Under the pieces are notes generated by a model. That model was not told the origin of the DNA. It did no database searches and saw nothing but the letters and a program-made list of their open reading frames with translations. A DNA stretch of 64,000 nt from Octopus vulgaris. Taxonomy: Eukaryota. Location: positions 63,798,001-63,862,000 of the forward strand of contig OX597827.1 in the NCBI GenBank assembly GCA_951406725.2, read 5' to 3'. Shown in pieces: positions 1 to 12,833 of this stretch. A program made the position numbers and the translations under genes. Each line of letters starts with the position of its first letter. Within the stretch, counting starts at the first letter, position 1.

Positions 1-1174
1 TTTTTTTTTTCTTTTTTTTTTTTGTGGAGTTTGGGGAAGGCAGCATGACTCACAACTCTCTTCGGGGCCTCCAAGAGTTATGGAGAAGATACATTGAACA
101 TTGCACTCATGATCATAAGACTGTGGTTTCAATTCCTGGACCACACAGTGCATTGTATTCTTGAGCAAAATGCTTCCTTTCCCATTGTGCCATGTCCACT
201 TAGCTGTAAATGATTAACCCTCCTACAGCCCGGACCCCCAGTCAGGGCGAATGTTGTGGCTTCAGTCACTTATATACCATGGAAAGCAGGTAATTGTCCA
301 AGTGGGTCCTAGGGCTCAAGACAGAACTGAAAAGAGTGGTGGGAGGTGAAGAGGAAATTTTCTTTTGACTTGACCAAAATCCTTGAAACAGACTGGACTC
401 TATTAAAGGGACTTAAAGGTTAAGTGATCCTGTTAAATGAGGCAATGAAGGAAGTCTTCCACCCTAAAAAATAGCTGTGGCCCCCTCCAGTGAACTTCCA
501 CACAGTTTTTATTTTCCCAAATTTCACTCTTAAGGGTTTTGTTGATCTGAGGTTTTGTTAGGGGACATATACCCAGGGTGTTGCAAAATAGGATTGAACC
601 TGAAACCATGTGGTCACAATACAAACTGCTTTACTACACATCCATTCCTGATTTGCTCTTGGCAAGCCAAGTTTTCTGTGCAGGTTCAATACCCAGTTGA
701 GATAATGCTTTTCGCATTTATTTACACTCAACAACAGCAAAAAGATTAATTTATTATTTTTTTTATTTATGTGCCCTTTTCAAGCCTAGCCAGGTTCATG
801 TGCCCGGTTTCCTGGTTTCTATGGTGTATGTGTTCCCCCCAGCTGAAAGGAACACCAGTCCATCGCAGCATTACTCAAGAAACAGGAAGAAAGAGTCCCG
901 GTCCAGGATTCAAACTCACAGCCTCGTGATCATAATCTCGATGGTGTAACCACTGAGCCATGTGCCTTCATAACTATTCCACCATACTGTACTTACTGCT
1001 TTGAAGTACTGCCAAATTAAATAATTAACTAGTGTAATGATCATCTCAAATTGTTTTTAATGATTTTTATTTTTTTTACCTCACAAGTATTTTTAGTGCA
1101 CATCTGCAGCCTTATCAAATGCCTTACTCTCTTGCAACTACTTTGTTTTTGTGGGTTTTTTCTTCTTTTTTTTT

Positions 1175-1545
1175 TGTAAAAGCACCATTCGAGCATGATC
1201 GTTACCTGTGTCGCCTTACTGGCACTTGTACTGGTGGCAAAGGAAAAAACATTCAAGCAGGATCATTGCCAGTGCTGCTGGACTGGCTCCTGTGCAGGTG
1301 GCACATAAAAAGCACCATTTGAGCATGACCATTGCCAGTACAGCCTGACTGGCCCTCGTGCCGGTGGCACATAAAAGCACCCACTACACTCTCAGAGTGG
1401 TTGGCATTAGGAAGGGCATCCAGCTGTAGAAACTGTGCCAGATCAAGATTGGAGCCTGGTGCAGCCATCTGGTTTGCCAGACCTCTGTCAAATCGCCAAA
1501 CCTATGCTAGCATGGAAAGCAGACGTTAAACGATGATGATGATGA
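1175..1545 (+). mobile_element. RTE-tail SINE-like element with (GAT)n tail and internal ~50-70-bp tandem units; copies ~3715-3860, 24240-24630(-), 31675-32070, 32320-32640, 39485-39700, 41317-41690
   Basis: Conserved GGCATTAGGAAGGGCATCCAGCTGTAGAAAC...CCATGCCAGCATGGAAAGCGGACGTTAAACGATGATG. Confidence 0.7.
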
Positions 1546-1703
1546 TCTCTTTGTTTGTTCATTGGGCAGTTGCAAAAGATGAACGCATTTGAAAGGCCGC
1601 AGATGTGCAACGAAAATTATTTTATGTGATAAAAAAAGAAAGGTTGACAGATATGGTGAGGTATCCATGCACAGTAATTCAGTGTACAACAGATTTTAGT
1701 TAA

Positions 1704-1925
1704 CCCTTTCGTTACCAACCCGGCTGAAACCACCTCTGGCTCTGTAGTACAAATAGCTGTTTCCAAAAGTTCCGAATTAAAATCTTCCACCAAACCTTAG
1801 TCATGATTTAAAGTTCCTAACTCTAGCCTAATGATAACTAAATTATTTTACTAAATTCTTTGCTATATTCAAAATTAATCGAAAGAAACACAGAGCATCT
1901 CAACAGAAATATGGTAACAAAGGGG
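1704..1925. mobile_element. piggyBac-like non-autonomous element (MITE)
   Basis: TTAA on both flanks; TIR CCCTTTCGTTACC / GGTAACAAAGGGG. Homologous copies at 38706 and 38925. Confidence 0.75.
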
Positions 1926-2396
1926 TTAATAATTTGACCACTTGGATCACATACATAAAACCATATGAATAAAATCCTATTTTTACAATGACTTATGTGG
2001 CTTTCAATGAGAAAGTAAAAGATTGGATGTGCATGACACTGCATTAAGATTGAATGCATGGTGTGAGGCATGTATTTTTGACAGTTGATATTTCTATTCT
2101 ACTAAATCTCAGATGGAGGGTCTTTCTGTAGCTTTCACTGAACCTCTCTCTTACCCAGGGAATTGAAAAATAACTGAGAGAAGTTTAGCTGTGATTTGTT
2201 TGATTTATATCTATTTTATAATGCAATTATTGAACATTAGTGTTTTGTTACAGATTTACAATGGATTTGTTATTAGTTTGCTACATTTCTTATGGCTAAA
2301 TTGATTAGGAAGTGTTTGTAACTTGCTGCAGAATAGACATTTGTAAACACACGGAAATATGATTCATCCTCAAAATTTGATTGGTTGTCAAAACAT

Positions 2397-2429
<33 letters not shown>

Positions 2430-2464
2430 AATAATAGTAATAATAATGACAATGATAATGATAA

Positions 2465-2590
2465 TAAGTTATGGGGCATGAAGAAAGTAGCGGTGATACC
2501 AGGGGTAATTGAAGCATTAGGAGCAGTTTCCAAGAGCTTTGAAAAACATGTTAAGAATATTGGAGCTGCTGTATGTATGGACCACCAGTG
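2465..2590 (+). mobile_element. short R4/Dong-type RLE fragment adjoining (AAT)n
   Basis: KLWGMKKVAVIPGVIEALGAVSKSFEKHV matches the LW...V-P-VIGALG motif. Confidence 0.5.
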
Positions 2591-2962
2591 ATGTCCTCAG
2601 TCAAACTGTCTAACCCATGCCAGCATGAAAAACGGATGTTAAACGATGATGAAGATGATGGTGGGGGTGGGGGTGGGGTGGAAGGAATGAGCTGATGCAC
2701 CATACAAACAATTGACCCCTACAAACAAATCATTTGTGCGTGTCATTCAGCAAGAAATTGCCGAACCCTCATCTGTCGGGATATCCCATCACTGGTGGTC
2801 CCCTTTTCTGCTAATCTTCCCCTCTGCCTTATTGATACTAATTATTATGTATTATCTTTCTATAACATTAATTAATCAAAATTGTTTATTCATTTATCTA
2901 ATTAATTCTCTATTTTCCTTATCATGTGTGTCCTACGGAATATCTTACGTCTGACGCATCAG

Positions 2963-3026
2963 ACCGAACAGACAAGTTCCTATGATTCAAAACGAACTCG
3001 GTCAGCTAAAGTTCCTGCTGGTAAAG
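2963..3026 (+). CDS. MYT1L: MYT1-like gene, N-terminal coding exon (TEQTSSYDSKRTRSAKVPAGK); 5' boundary uncertain
   Basis: KRTRS resembles the N-terminal KR-x-RTRSK of vertebrate MYT1/MYT1L. Donor G|GTAAAT at 3027 (phase 1). Candidate acceptor CAG at 2960-2962, or an in-frame ATG at 2924. Confidence 0.65.
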
Positions 3027-4323
3027 GTAAATAGCTTGTTGTTTCTTATACTTATTTTTACTATTATTACTGTTACACTCTCCCACCGTTTTCTCTTTTC
3101 ATCCTTTTCCCATTTTCTCCTCTTGTATGTATATGTATGCACAAATGTATGATAATGTGTGTACAGTAGTAGACCTTGGAGCAAGTTGGGAGTCACAGGT
3201 AACCAAAAAGGTTACAAACAGCAACAAAACAGCCTTGACAGACAAACAATCAACTGCTTGATTGTTTAACCAACACATTAAGCAACTGATCAATTAATTA
3301 ATTAATTAATTAGATGATTAGATATCTAACCAATTGGCTGATAATAAAGAAGTGGGGAGGGACCTGTGTGTGTATCATTATTATTGCATAAGAACTCTTC
3401 CAAGACACAACAAAATATTTATGTATGGATATATATATATATTTATATTTCACCATGTTGGACCACTGAACTCAACATGTTTTTTTTCCATTCTCTCCCT
3501 ATTTGTTTTCTTTTATTCTTTTCTGTAAAAGAGCTTAGGCTCGAAATGTAAAAGACTTTTACATTTTTCCCGAGCATCAAACTAATACACTTGCTTGTTG
3601 TTCCTACACCTGTTTTTGTCTTTGTTTTACTATAAATTTCAACTATTTACAGGTGTGTGTGTGTGTTTATGTGTGTGTGTGTGTGCGTATGTGTGCATGC
3701 ATGTGTGTGTGTATGTGTTTTGGCATTAGGAAGGGCATCCAGCTGTAGAACCATATCTAAACAGACAGGGAGCCTGAACAGCCCTCCAGCTGGTAAGCTC
3801 CTGTCAAATGTCCAACCCATGCTGGCTTGGAAAATGGATGTTAAATGATGATGATGATGGGGATGAGGATGATGATGATGATGCTGTAGCATATATATAT
3901 ATATATATACATATATACACGTACACACACAGACATATATATATGGAGGTGCAATGGCCCAGTGGTTAGGGCAGTGGACTCGTGATTATAGGATCACGGT
4001 TTCGAATCCTAGGCTGGGCATTGTGAGTGTTTATTGAACGAAAACACCTAAAGCCCCACGAGGCTCCGGCAGGAGGTGATGGCGATCCCTGCTGTACTCT
4101 TTCGCCACAACTTTCTCTCACTCTTTCTTCTGTTGGCCAGCTCGCTTAGACAGCAGGGTGGCGTCATTTGAATGTGAGCTTCTTCTTCACACAATACACA
4201 TTACATGAATAGTCTTTGTCAAATCAAAAATATTCTACATTTTCCAAAATATAAGCTAAACAATGTACTGTTCTGCTATTCTTATATTCTAATATCCTAT
4301 TATATTTTCTTTAATATTTTCAG

Positions 4324-4345
4324 AAACACTTCCAGAATCTGGCGG
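4324..4345 (+). CDS. MYT1L: MYT1-like 22-nt micro-exon (ETLPESGG)
   Basis: TTTTCAG acceptor and GG|GTAAG donor. Length 3n+1 bridges the phase-1 end at 3026 to the phase-2 start at 4867. Confidence 0.7.
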
Positions 4346-4396
4346 GTAAGGTTTCTTTCTCTTCTTTATTATCATTATTATTGTCTATGCGACTTT

Positions 4397-4479
<83 letters not shown>

Positions 4480-4866
4480 GTATATATATGTATATATATA
4501 TATACATATACATATATATACATATATATATACATATATATATATGTATATATAGAACATTTATAGATAGAAGGTCCTAAGCTGTTTCAAGGATATTTAT
4601 TATATCCCATCTTCGGAGTTTTGTCAGCAAACAGGTCGCTGTTTCAAAGCGATGAAAATTTTTGACACAAATTAAATTTAAATGTTGAAGTGAATCGCTA
4701 ACAGTTTTTTTTTTGTGTGTGTTTTTAAACAGCTTAGAAAGACCTTCCATGCTGCAATTGTTTTTGTTTCAGCACACGATCTCAGATCAAGTCACTTGCT
4801 ATGCAAGTACATCTCGTATATATAATATATATATATATATTCTCATTTTCAATATATCTTTGACAG

Positions 4867-4929
4867 ATGTCCGACGCCAGGCTGTAGTGGTCAAGGTCAC
4901 ATTACAGGAAAACATGCCCGGCATCGAAC
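4867..4929 (+). CDS. MYT1L: MYT1-like exon, first part of C2HC zinc finger 1 ([21 protein letters not shown])
   Basis: Zinc-finger motif read directly. TTGACAG acceptor and AC|GTAAGT donor. Joins exon 7762 to give HRT-VQACPIA. Confidence 0.92.
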
Positions 4930-6228
4930 GTAAGTATTACCATGTTGTCTTCTTGGTGTTGGTGTTGGTTGCAATTGCTGTTAATAAATAATGTCGCATT
5001 CGGGTTTTCCAAAGGGTCTGGAGTAAGCAACAGGTATGCCTGTCCTAGTTATTTATTTATTAATGCTTTAGCATTCGGATTACTCTGTCAGGTATAATGC
5101 TTACTGTCCATTCTTTCATAGCTTAAAGACTTCGATGATGATCATCCTTCTCATCATCATTGCTTGACATCAGTTTTCCATGGAGCTGTAAACCAGGAGC
5201 TGTCTAGACTCCAACTGCCTTTTGTGGCATGGTTTCTATAACTGGATGGCCTTCCTAAAGCCAACCGCTTTACAGAGTGTCTCGGGTGCTTTTTACATGC
5301 CACCAGCATGAGTGCATTTATGCAGCAGCAACACATGCGCATTTTATGTGGCACAATGTTGTAGGGTAAGTGTGAAAGGCTGAATTAGGCTGGTTTGGAA
5401 ATAAAATGGGCAGAATATCTGAGCCACATATGACTGGTTTAAATGCTGGAGGGTTAAATCACTGTTCAATCATCAGAGAAACCTGAAAAACTTAATAAAG
5501 TGATGGGAGCAATTATATAACAAATGCACACAAGTTAGAGCATAATTTACTATGTATATCACTAGCACAGCAGTCACTGCTTTTTCCAGCCCCTTGGTGT
5601 CTATCATTGAAAAGGCCAACTCAGGCTGAAGTCACATGATCTGGTAGTCCAAGCAGGAGGAGTAGCAGTGATTGTCTACCACTTGCGATAGCTATGATGT
5701 GCTTTCATGCATCATATAACCATATGAGAGTTTCTCCCATGGTAAATATCACAGTATTTGTGTGTTCTAACACTACATCCACTTTCTGTGGTGAATATTT
5801 TACCTTTGGATATTAATAGTGCCTCTCTCACTCTATTTATCTATTTATCTTTTATAATAGTAAACGTAAAATTTTGTCTATCTATCTGTCTGGGAACCCT
5901 GTATCTCAGCCTACATTTGATCTACCTTAGACATATTATACGTTTTTGGAATCAGGATGGTCCCAGGATTGAAAATCTACCCTTAATTTGGTTCTTGTAC
6001 ATCCAGCAATAGGATCGGGTCTGGAAGAGGATTTGTTATATGCTAACAGTTGAAAATTCAAATTTTAAAAGAACTGCAAAAATTTGTGAACTTACAAGTT
6101 TTCCATTTAAACTGAATTTAAAGTAAAGGATAATGCCTGTGGCCCAATTAACCCTCTACAGGAGGTCGGTGAAAAATCTGCATGCTAATTTAGAAGTCTG
6201 CGGCTAATTTAGAGTAATAATTATTGTT

Positions 6229-6419
6229 AGGCGCAGGAGTGGTTGTGTGGTAAGTAGCTTGCTTACCAACCACATTGTCCCGGGTTCAGTCCCACTGCAT
6301 GGCACCTTGGACAAGTGTCTTCTACTATAGCCTCGGGCCGACCTAAGCCTTGTGAGTGGACTTGGTAGACGGAAAATGGAAGGAGCCCATCATATATGTA
6401 TGTATATGTGTGTATGTAT

Positions 6420-6451
<32 letters not shown>

Positions 6452-6660
6452 GTGTGTGTGTATATGTTTGTGTGTCTGTTTGTCTCCCCAGCATCACTTG
6501 ACAACTGATGCTGGTGAGTTTACGCCCCCATAACTTAGTGGTTCGGCAAAAGAGACCGATAGAATAAGTACTAGCCTTAGAAAGAATAAGCTCTGGGGTC
6601 ATTTGCTCGACTATAAAGGCAGTGCTCCGGCATGGCCACAGTCAAACAACTGAAACAAGT
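6229..6660 (+). mobile_element. tRNA-derived CORE-like SINE with internal (TA/TG)n; further copies ~12000-12390, 15718-16146(-), 16830-17248(-), 23128-23530(-), 27876-28215, 42070-42395(-), 43382-43780, 43815-44370(-), 48648-49020
   Basis: A/B-box-like head GGAGTGGCTGTGTGGTAAG...GGGTTCAGTCCC and CACCTTGGGCAAGTGTC core; many dispersed copies. Confidence 0.8.
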
Positions 6661-7134
6661 AATTATACACAAAATGGAGAATTGGCAGGAGGGCCATCTT
6701 AGTAGCATTTTAGGGCGTTGGGCAACTAAATGCATTGGTCCCTATAAATACATAAATCAGAATCGGACCCCTAGATCCACAAGCGCCCCAAGCAACTGCC
6801 CAGTGTTCCCATGCCTTAAGATGGCACTGATTGGTAGTGACATTAGAGGATTAGATATAAAAAAAAATGCCTTGCCATATTTGATTTTACCCTCTATGCC
6901 AGGGATATGAAATTGGTTTGGCTTTACAAGCTGGAAGAAACATAAACTATATCTCATGGGTTTGTCATAAACAATAAAAGCCCTATTCATAATGTAGGAC
7001 AAAGTGAGTAAGGAGATAGAGATGTGGATATGCTGAATAACAACTTAGCAGCTTGCTTAGCAATGAAAAAAGGCAAGAATATGAAGGTTTAGCAAATTTT
7101 GTATGCAACGACATGTGAGAAAATCTTATCCATA

Positions 7135-7605
7135 TGGCAGTGAGCTGGCAGAAACGTTAGCACACCGGGCGAATTGCTTAACAGTATTTCATCTGCCGCT
7201 ACGTTCTGAGTTCAAATTCCGCTGAGGTCGACTTTGCCTTTCATTCTTTCAGGGGTCGATCAAATAAGTACCAGTTACGCACTGGAGTCGATATAATCGA
7301 CTTAATCCGTTTGTCTGTCCTTGTTTGTCCTCTCTGTGTTTAGCCCCTTGTGGGTAGTAAAGAAATAGGTATTTCGTCTGCCGCTACGTTCTGAGTTCAA
7401 ACTCTGCCGAGGTCGAGTTTGCCTTTCATCCTTTCAGGGTCGATTAAATAAGTACCAGTTGTGCACTGGGGTTGATATAATCAACTTAATCCGTTTGTTT
7501 GTCCTTGTTTGCCCTCTCTGTGTTTAGCCCCTTGTGGGTAGTAAAGAAATAGGTATTCCCTCCATCTTTATGTTCTTAGTTCAAATTCTACCAATGTCAA
7601 CTTTG
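7135..7605 (+). mobile_element. tRNA-derived SINE with Deu/Nin-like domain, tandemly repeated; further copies ~35022-35445, 36385-36560(-), 41076-41284(-), 42618-42780, 46289-46710, 48325-48552(-), 51481-51690, 52615-52846(-), 55888-56100, 61215-61410
   Basis: Shared GAGCTGGCAGAA...GAGTTCAAATTCC head and GACTTTGCCTTTCATCCTTTCGGGGTCGATAAA..AAGTACC body. Confidence 0.75.
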
Positions 7606-7666
7606 CCTTTCTTTTTATTTTATTTATTTCCTATTTATATTATTATATTGTATATGTCTGTGTATG

Positions 7667-7697
<31 letters not shown>

Positions 7698-7761
7698 TTT
7701 TATATATATACATATATATATTTATATATTTATTTATCCTTTTTCTTTTGCAATTTTCCAG

Positions 7762-10700
7762 TGTTCAAGCATGTCCGATCGCTGCAGCAGCAAAAAAGCG
7801 AAAACTTGAGAAAGAAGAAGAAGAAGAGGAGGAAGAAGCCGCTCATCATTCCGTAAAGCGGAGTCGTAAACGGCAGCAGACATCAGCAACAGCGACAGCT
7901 ACAACAGCAGCAGCAGCAACAGCAACAACAACAGCAACAAAAACAACTACTACCACGACATCGGCAGCAGCAGGGAGAAGCAGCACATCACGGACGAGTG
8001 AAGAGGACGACGACGAGGACGAGGAGGAAGACGAAGAAGGAGTGGAAGAGGAAGAGGAGGAAGAAGAAGCCGAAGAAGAAGAAGAAGAAGAAGAAGAAAG
8101 AGGTAGAGGGAGAGGAGAGGTGGAAAGGAAGAAAGCCGAAGCAGCTGTACCGGAGGGGGAGGCTGCTTCCCAAGGAAAGGAAAAGAACAAGGGGAAACAC
8201 ACTGCCAGTGGTAGTGGTGGCGGCGGTAGTGGTGGTGGTGGTGGTGGCAGTGGCGGAAGTAGTAGTGGTAGTGGCCGCTCAAAGGAAAAACCTCTCTCGG
8301 CTCTTTCGACATCTTCTGCGTCGTCTACGTCTACATCGGCATCGAGTTCGACTTCTTCGAAAGCGAGCGTCGCTAGTTCTCTCAAAGACAGTCACAGTAA
8401 GGGAACACCCGCTACTAGCGAAAGCACCGAAGACACCAAAGGAAATGCAACGGCCGCATCGACAGCAACAACGGCTCCTGCCACCACTTCCATTTCTACT
8501 TCTGCTACTAGCACTACAAACACCGAGGCCAGCTGCAGCAATGATAAAACGCCCCTCGGGTTAGGGTTTGGTCTTGGACTTCAACTAGGCCTAGGTCTTG
8601 GTCTCGATGTGAACGTTTCCACTGCTGCTTCTTCAGAGGTGACTTCCACTGCAGTTTCCGCAGTGACCGCGGCTACTCTGGCCGTGTCTACGAAGCTGTT
8701 ATCGTGCAGCAACAGCAGCAGTAGTGGCAGTGGTAGTGGTGGTGGTGGTGTTGTTGGTGGTGGCAGCAGTGGCGGTCAAGTTAGTGGAGCATCAACAGCC
8801 ACGGCGGAGATTGATGACGAACAGAAGTGCTTCCAAGAGGCTGAGCGAGCGCTGCGCAGTTTGTCGGGGGAGTATGACGAAACGGCAGAGGAGAGCTACT
8901 ACTATTCGACGAGGAGAAAGTCAGCAGCCCAGCGTCGTGGAACCACGAGTGACGATGACAACAGCAACCATGCCAGCAGCCGGGAGAGCAGTGCTGTGGG
9001 TGGGACGGGACCGAGAAGGAAGAAGAAGAAAAAAAAGAAGAAAAGAAAGAAGAAGGAAGGAGAAGAAATGGGAGAGGAGGAAGCTGACGAGATGGAAGAG
9101 GAGGACGAAGAGGATGAGGAAGACGAAGAGGTTGCTGCTTCCGAGGAAGGTGCGGTTGGCAGAAGGCGACAGCAGGAGGAGGATGTAGAAGAAGAAGGAG
9201 AGACGGGTGAAGGTGTCGGCAGTAGCAGTGGAAACAAGAGAGGAGGAGCAGGAAGCAGGAGAGGAAAAGTGGGAGGAGGCCGCTCAGGGTCAAGTAACAC
9301 ACGAAGCGGTGGAGCAACTTCACGTACCAGTTCTGTCACCACACGGGAAGTTTCTCGCCGCCAACCTGCTGCTTCATCTTCTGGCTCATCCAGCGCCTTC
9401 CCTCATTCTTCCTCCTCTTCGTCGTCATCATCAACGGCCATACCTGCAAAGAAAGACAGTGGTGGCGGCGTCTCCAATGATGTTGGCGATGGAGGAGGCG
9501 GTGACGCTGAAACGCTATCGTCATCGTACCGGGATGAGAACCAGTCATCGCAAGGCAGCACGGGTGGAGGCGGTAGCGCTGCTGCAAACAATGGGAATGG
9601 CGATGAATCCTCGGGCTCAGTTTCAAGTTCAGGAAAGTATCCTCAGAGCCAGGTGGGTGTGGTGTCATCCGACGATGACGCTGAAATCCTGCTGAAGATC
9701 GAGCAGCAGTGTGCGAGCATCCAGTCTGGAGCGACCTCCTGTTGCTCAGCAGAAAGTGAGTGCAACAGCGAGGCAGAAGCAGAGGCTGAAGTGGAGGCAG
9801 AGGCAGGGACAGGAGCAGAAGTCGACGAAGAACATGACGAAATCATGGACATTCCAGAGTCGGTTGAAGGAGAGGAAGAAGACGAAGAGGAGGAGGAAGA
9901 CGAAGAGGAAGAAGAAGAGGAGGAAGAAGAGGAAATAGAAGACCTGGAAGAGTTGGAAATGGCTGGAGAAGTGGAAGAAGAAGAGGAGGAGGAGGAAGAA
10001 GAAGAAGAGGAAGAGGAGGAAGGCGAAGAGGAAGAGGAGGAAGATGAGTGTTGTGTTCTGAGAGGGGCGGATGAAGAGGAGATGGAGGAAGATGAAGAGG
10101 AAGAAGAAGATGAGGAAGAAGAGGAAGATGAAGGCGATGGGGGAGATAATGTTGAAAGTGGCTCACAGCGAGTGCAAATGGGATTAGGACTGGGGCATGA
10201 TGGGAAGGCATATGCTCCGGTTGCCACAAAGGAGAAGCCACCAGTGGTGTCACCCGTGGAGCATCTCCACCACCCGCATCCTCATCATCATCAGCAGCAG
10301 CAACAGCACCTCCATGCCTCTGCTCACCATCACCCACACCACCAAGAGCAACAACACCAACACCACCAGCAGCATCACCACCAACAACAGCAGCAGCAAC
10401 ATCATCATCATCAACAACAGCAACATCATCAACTCCAACAACACAACCACCAACACCATCACCACCACAACATCAACAACAATAACAACAGCAACAACAA
10501 CAGCAGGATTACGACCACCACCCTAGCGGCTGGTGCCATGCCAAGCGACTGCATCTACACGGAGGACAGTCTCATGGCTACGACGGCAGCGACAACGACG
10601 TCTTCCTCGACGTCGAGTCCATCGACGGTGGCCGGAGGAGTCATCGGTTTGCCATCCCCTGTCAACGTCCGGTCGCCGCCGCCGTCCCATCATCACCACC

Positions 10701-11915
10701 ATCATCATCACCATCATCATCAACAGCAGCAACAGCAGCACCACCACTCTCCGTTGCCAGCAGCAACGCTCAGCCCGAACGCCGCCTCCAGCAGTGGTGG
10801 TGGTGGTGGTGGTGGTGGTGGTGGCGGTGGAGGTGGTGGTGGAGGTGGTGGTGTTGGTGGTGGTGTTGGTGGTGGTGGTGGTGGCGGCGGCGGCAGTGCC
10901 GCTGTGGCGAACAGTGGCATCGTCTCGACCACCACCGTCGATATGATGTGCTCGACGACAGGCAGCCTTTCCCCGCACACACACCTCCAGCCACATCCTC
11001 ATCCCCACCAACACTATAGCAACACTGGTAGCAGTAACAACAACAACAATAATCGTCATCATCATCACCACCACCATCAACAACAACAACAACAGCACCA
11101 GCATCCATCACTCTCACCGCAACGGCGGCGAGGCCTGACCAACACGAACAACAACAACAACAGCAATAACAATAACACCAGTAACAGCGCTAGCAGCAAC
11201 AGCAGCAGTGCGGCTGCAGCAGCTGCTGCTGCTGCTGCAGCCGCCGCCGCTGCGATGATGACGATGTCGTCTTCACCATCAGCTTCGCTAGCTTCCGCAA
11301 CACACAACCTCTCCAATACCACCGCCAACAACAATAACAATAGCAACAACAACAGCAGCAGCGAAGTGATGGAAATGCAGATGGGGTCAGCAGGGATGGC
11401 CATGGATGGCGTTGTGGGTGTAGGGCTTCACCACCAGCAGCAGCAGCACCAGCAGCAGCAACAAGCAGGCATGGGTGGCGACCCCGATTACATGGTGGTC
11501 ACCGATTGGGCTACCGCTGGCAGCAACACTACTCCTGTTGCCCCACCCTCAGTATCGTCATGTTCCTCTCCTTGTTCCTCCCCCTCGGTTACCGGTACGA
11601 CCCCACCGTCTTCGTCGGTGACCATGACGACGACGGCGGCGGCAGGAGTGGTAGCCACCACCACAGCCCATGCGACGATGGGCAACAGCTCAGTGATAAG
11701 CGCCCTGGTGCAAGCTCCTGTTAATTCAGCAGTCGGAGTCAGAGTGAGCAGTGACTACGATGTATACAGCGATGACGGCGGCCAAGAACTAATTAATGTT
11801 GTCACTGACAGCAACAACAACAGCAACCTCGACATCGCCAACACCAAGAGACTGCCAGATGAGCCCTCTGTCACTACAAGTGGAACACACGACATCGGGT
11901 CAGGTGTCATGAAAG
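7762..11915 (+). CDS. MYT1L: MYT1-like giant exon (4154 nt): end of ZF1 (VQACPIAAAAKKRK) plus acidic and low-complexity region
   Basis: Within ORF 7664..12091. TTTTCCAG acceptor at 7761 and AAAG|GTAAG donor at 11916. Phases match both neighbours. GC-rich coding composition with poly-E/Q/H/G/A/N/S runs. Confidence 0.9.
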
Positions 11916-12551
11916 GTAAGAATAGAATGCCTCGTTTGTTTATTGAAATCATAGTCTTGCTGTTGTTGTTCTATAATGGACCATACTGTGCCACATGTTG
12001 GTCTCATGCCACATGTAGGTTGCTTCCCAACCACCTGGTTCTGGGTTCAGTCCCACTGTGCGGTACCTTGAGCAGGTGTCGTCCACTATGACTTCAGGCC
12101 AACCAAAACCTTGTGAGTGGATTTGGTAGGTGGAAACTGAAAGAAGCCCATTGTATGTGTGTGTGTGTGTGTGTCTTTGTATCTGTGTTAGTCTCTCCAT
12201 CACCACTTAACAACTGGTGTTGGTGTGTTTGCATCCCTGTAACTTAGCAGTTCAGCAAAAGAGACCAATAGAATAAGTACAAGGCTTTAAAAAAAATATG
12301 TACTCGGGTCGATAGATTTTGCTGTAATATAAATTCTTCAAGGCGGTGCCCCAACATGGCCGCAGCCTAAGAACTAAAACATTTAAAATATGAAAGATGA
12401 AAGAATGGTTGAGTAAAATATCGTTCATCATAGGTCTACTGGTTCAATTTATCCTAGGGTTAAACAACAACAACAAGAATGATTATTTCTTGTTTATATG
12501 TTACCTGGATTGAAATATTCTATATTTGTATCTCTTTTATATTATTTACAG

Positions 12552-12621
12552 ATAGTAAATGTCCAACTCCAGGCTGTGATGGCATTGGTCATGTTACTGG
12601 ACTTTATTCTCATCATAGAAG
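12552..12621 (+). CDS. MYT1L: MYT1-like exon, ZF2 first part ([24 protein letters not shown])
   Basis: Canonical MYT1 ZF2 sequence. TTTACAG acceptor and AG|GTACGT donor. Confidence 0.95.
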
Positions 12622-12763
12622 GTACGTACGTAAACAAGCTATAAGAACCACAATTTATTGACAATTCAAGGCACATTTTTTTTTACGTGTTTTATACATA
12701 AATAATACATCCACACACTCACACACATGCACACAAATGCACACACAAACACACATACATATA

Positions 12764-12799
<36 letters not shown>

Positions 12800-12833
12800 C
12801 ATCATCATCAATGTTATTTTTCTTTTGTTACAG

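Noticed and set aside
2982-3026. ATG at 2982 as the gene start (MIQNELGQLK...)
   Set aside because: Out of frame with the KRTRS-containing frame that splices into ZF1.
6229-6310. tRNA-like A/B boxes at SINE heads
   Set aside because: Part of multicopy SINEs with no complete cloverleaf; not tRNA genes.
7664-7761. N-terminus of the 1475-aa ORF (MYVYIYIY...) and its tail 11916-12091
   Set aside because: Intronic read-through of (TA)n and a SINE; splice sites delimit the real exon.
7846-11952. Many antisense and alternate-frame ORFs over the giant exon (also 37587-38494)
   Set aside because: Shadows of trinucleotide-repeat coding sequence, which lacks stops in other frames.
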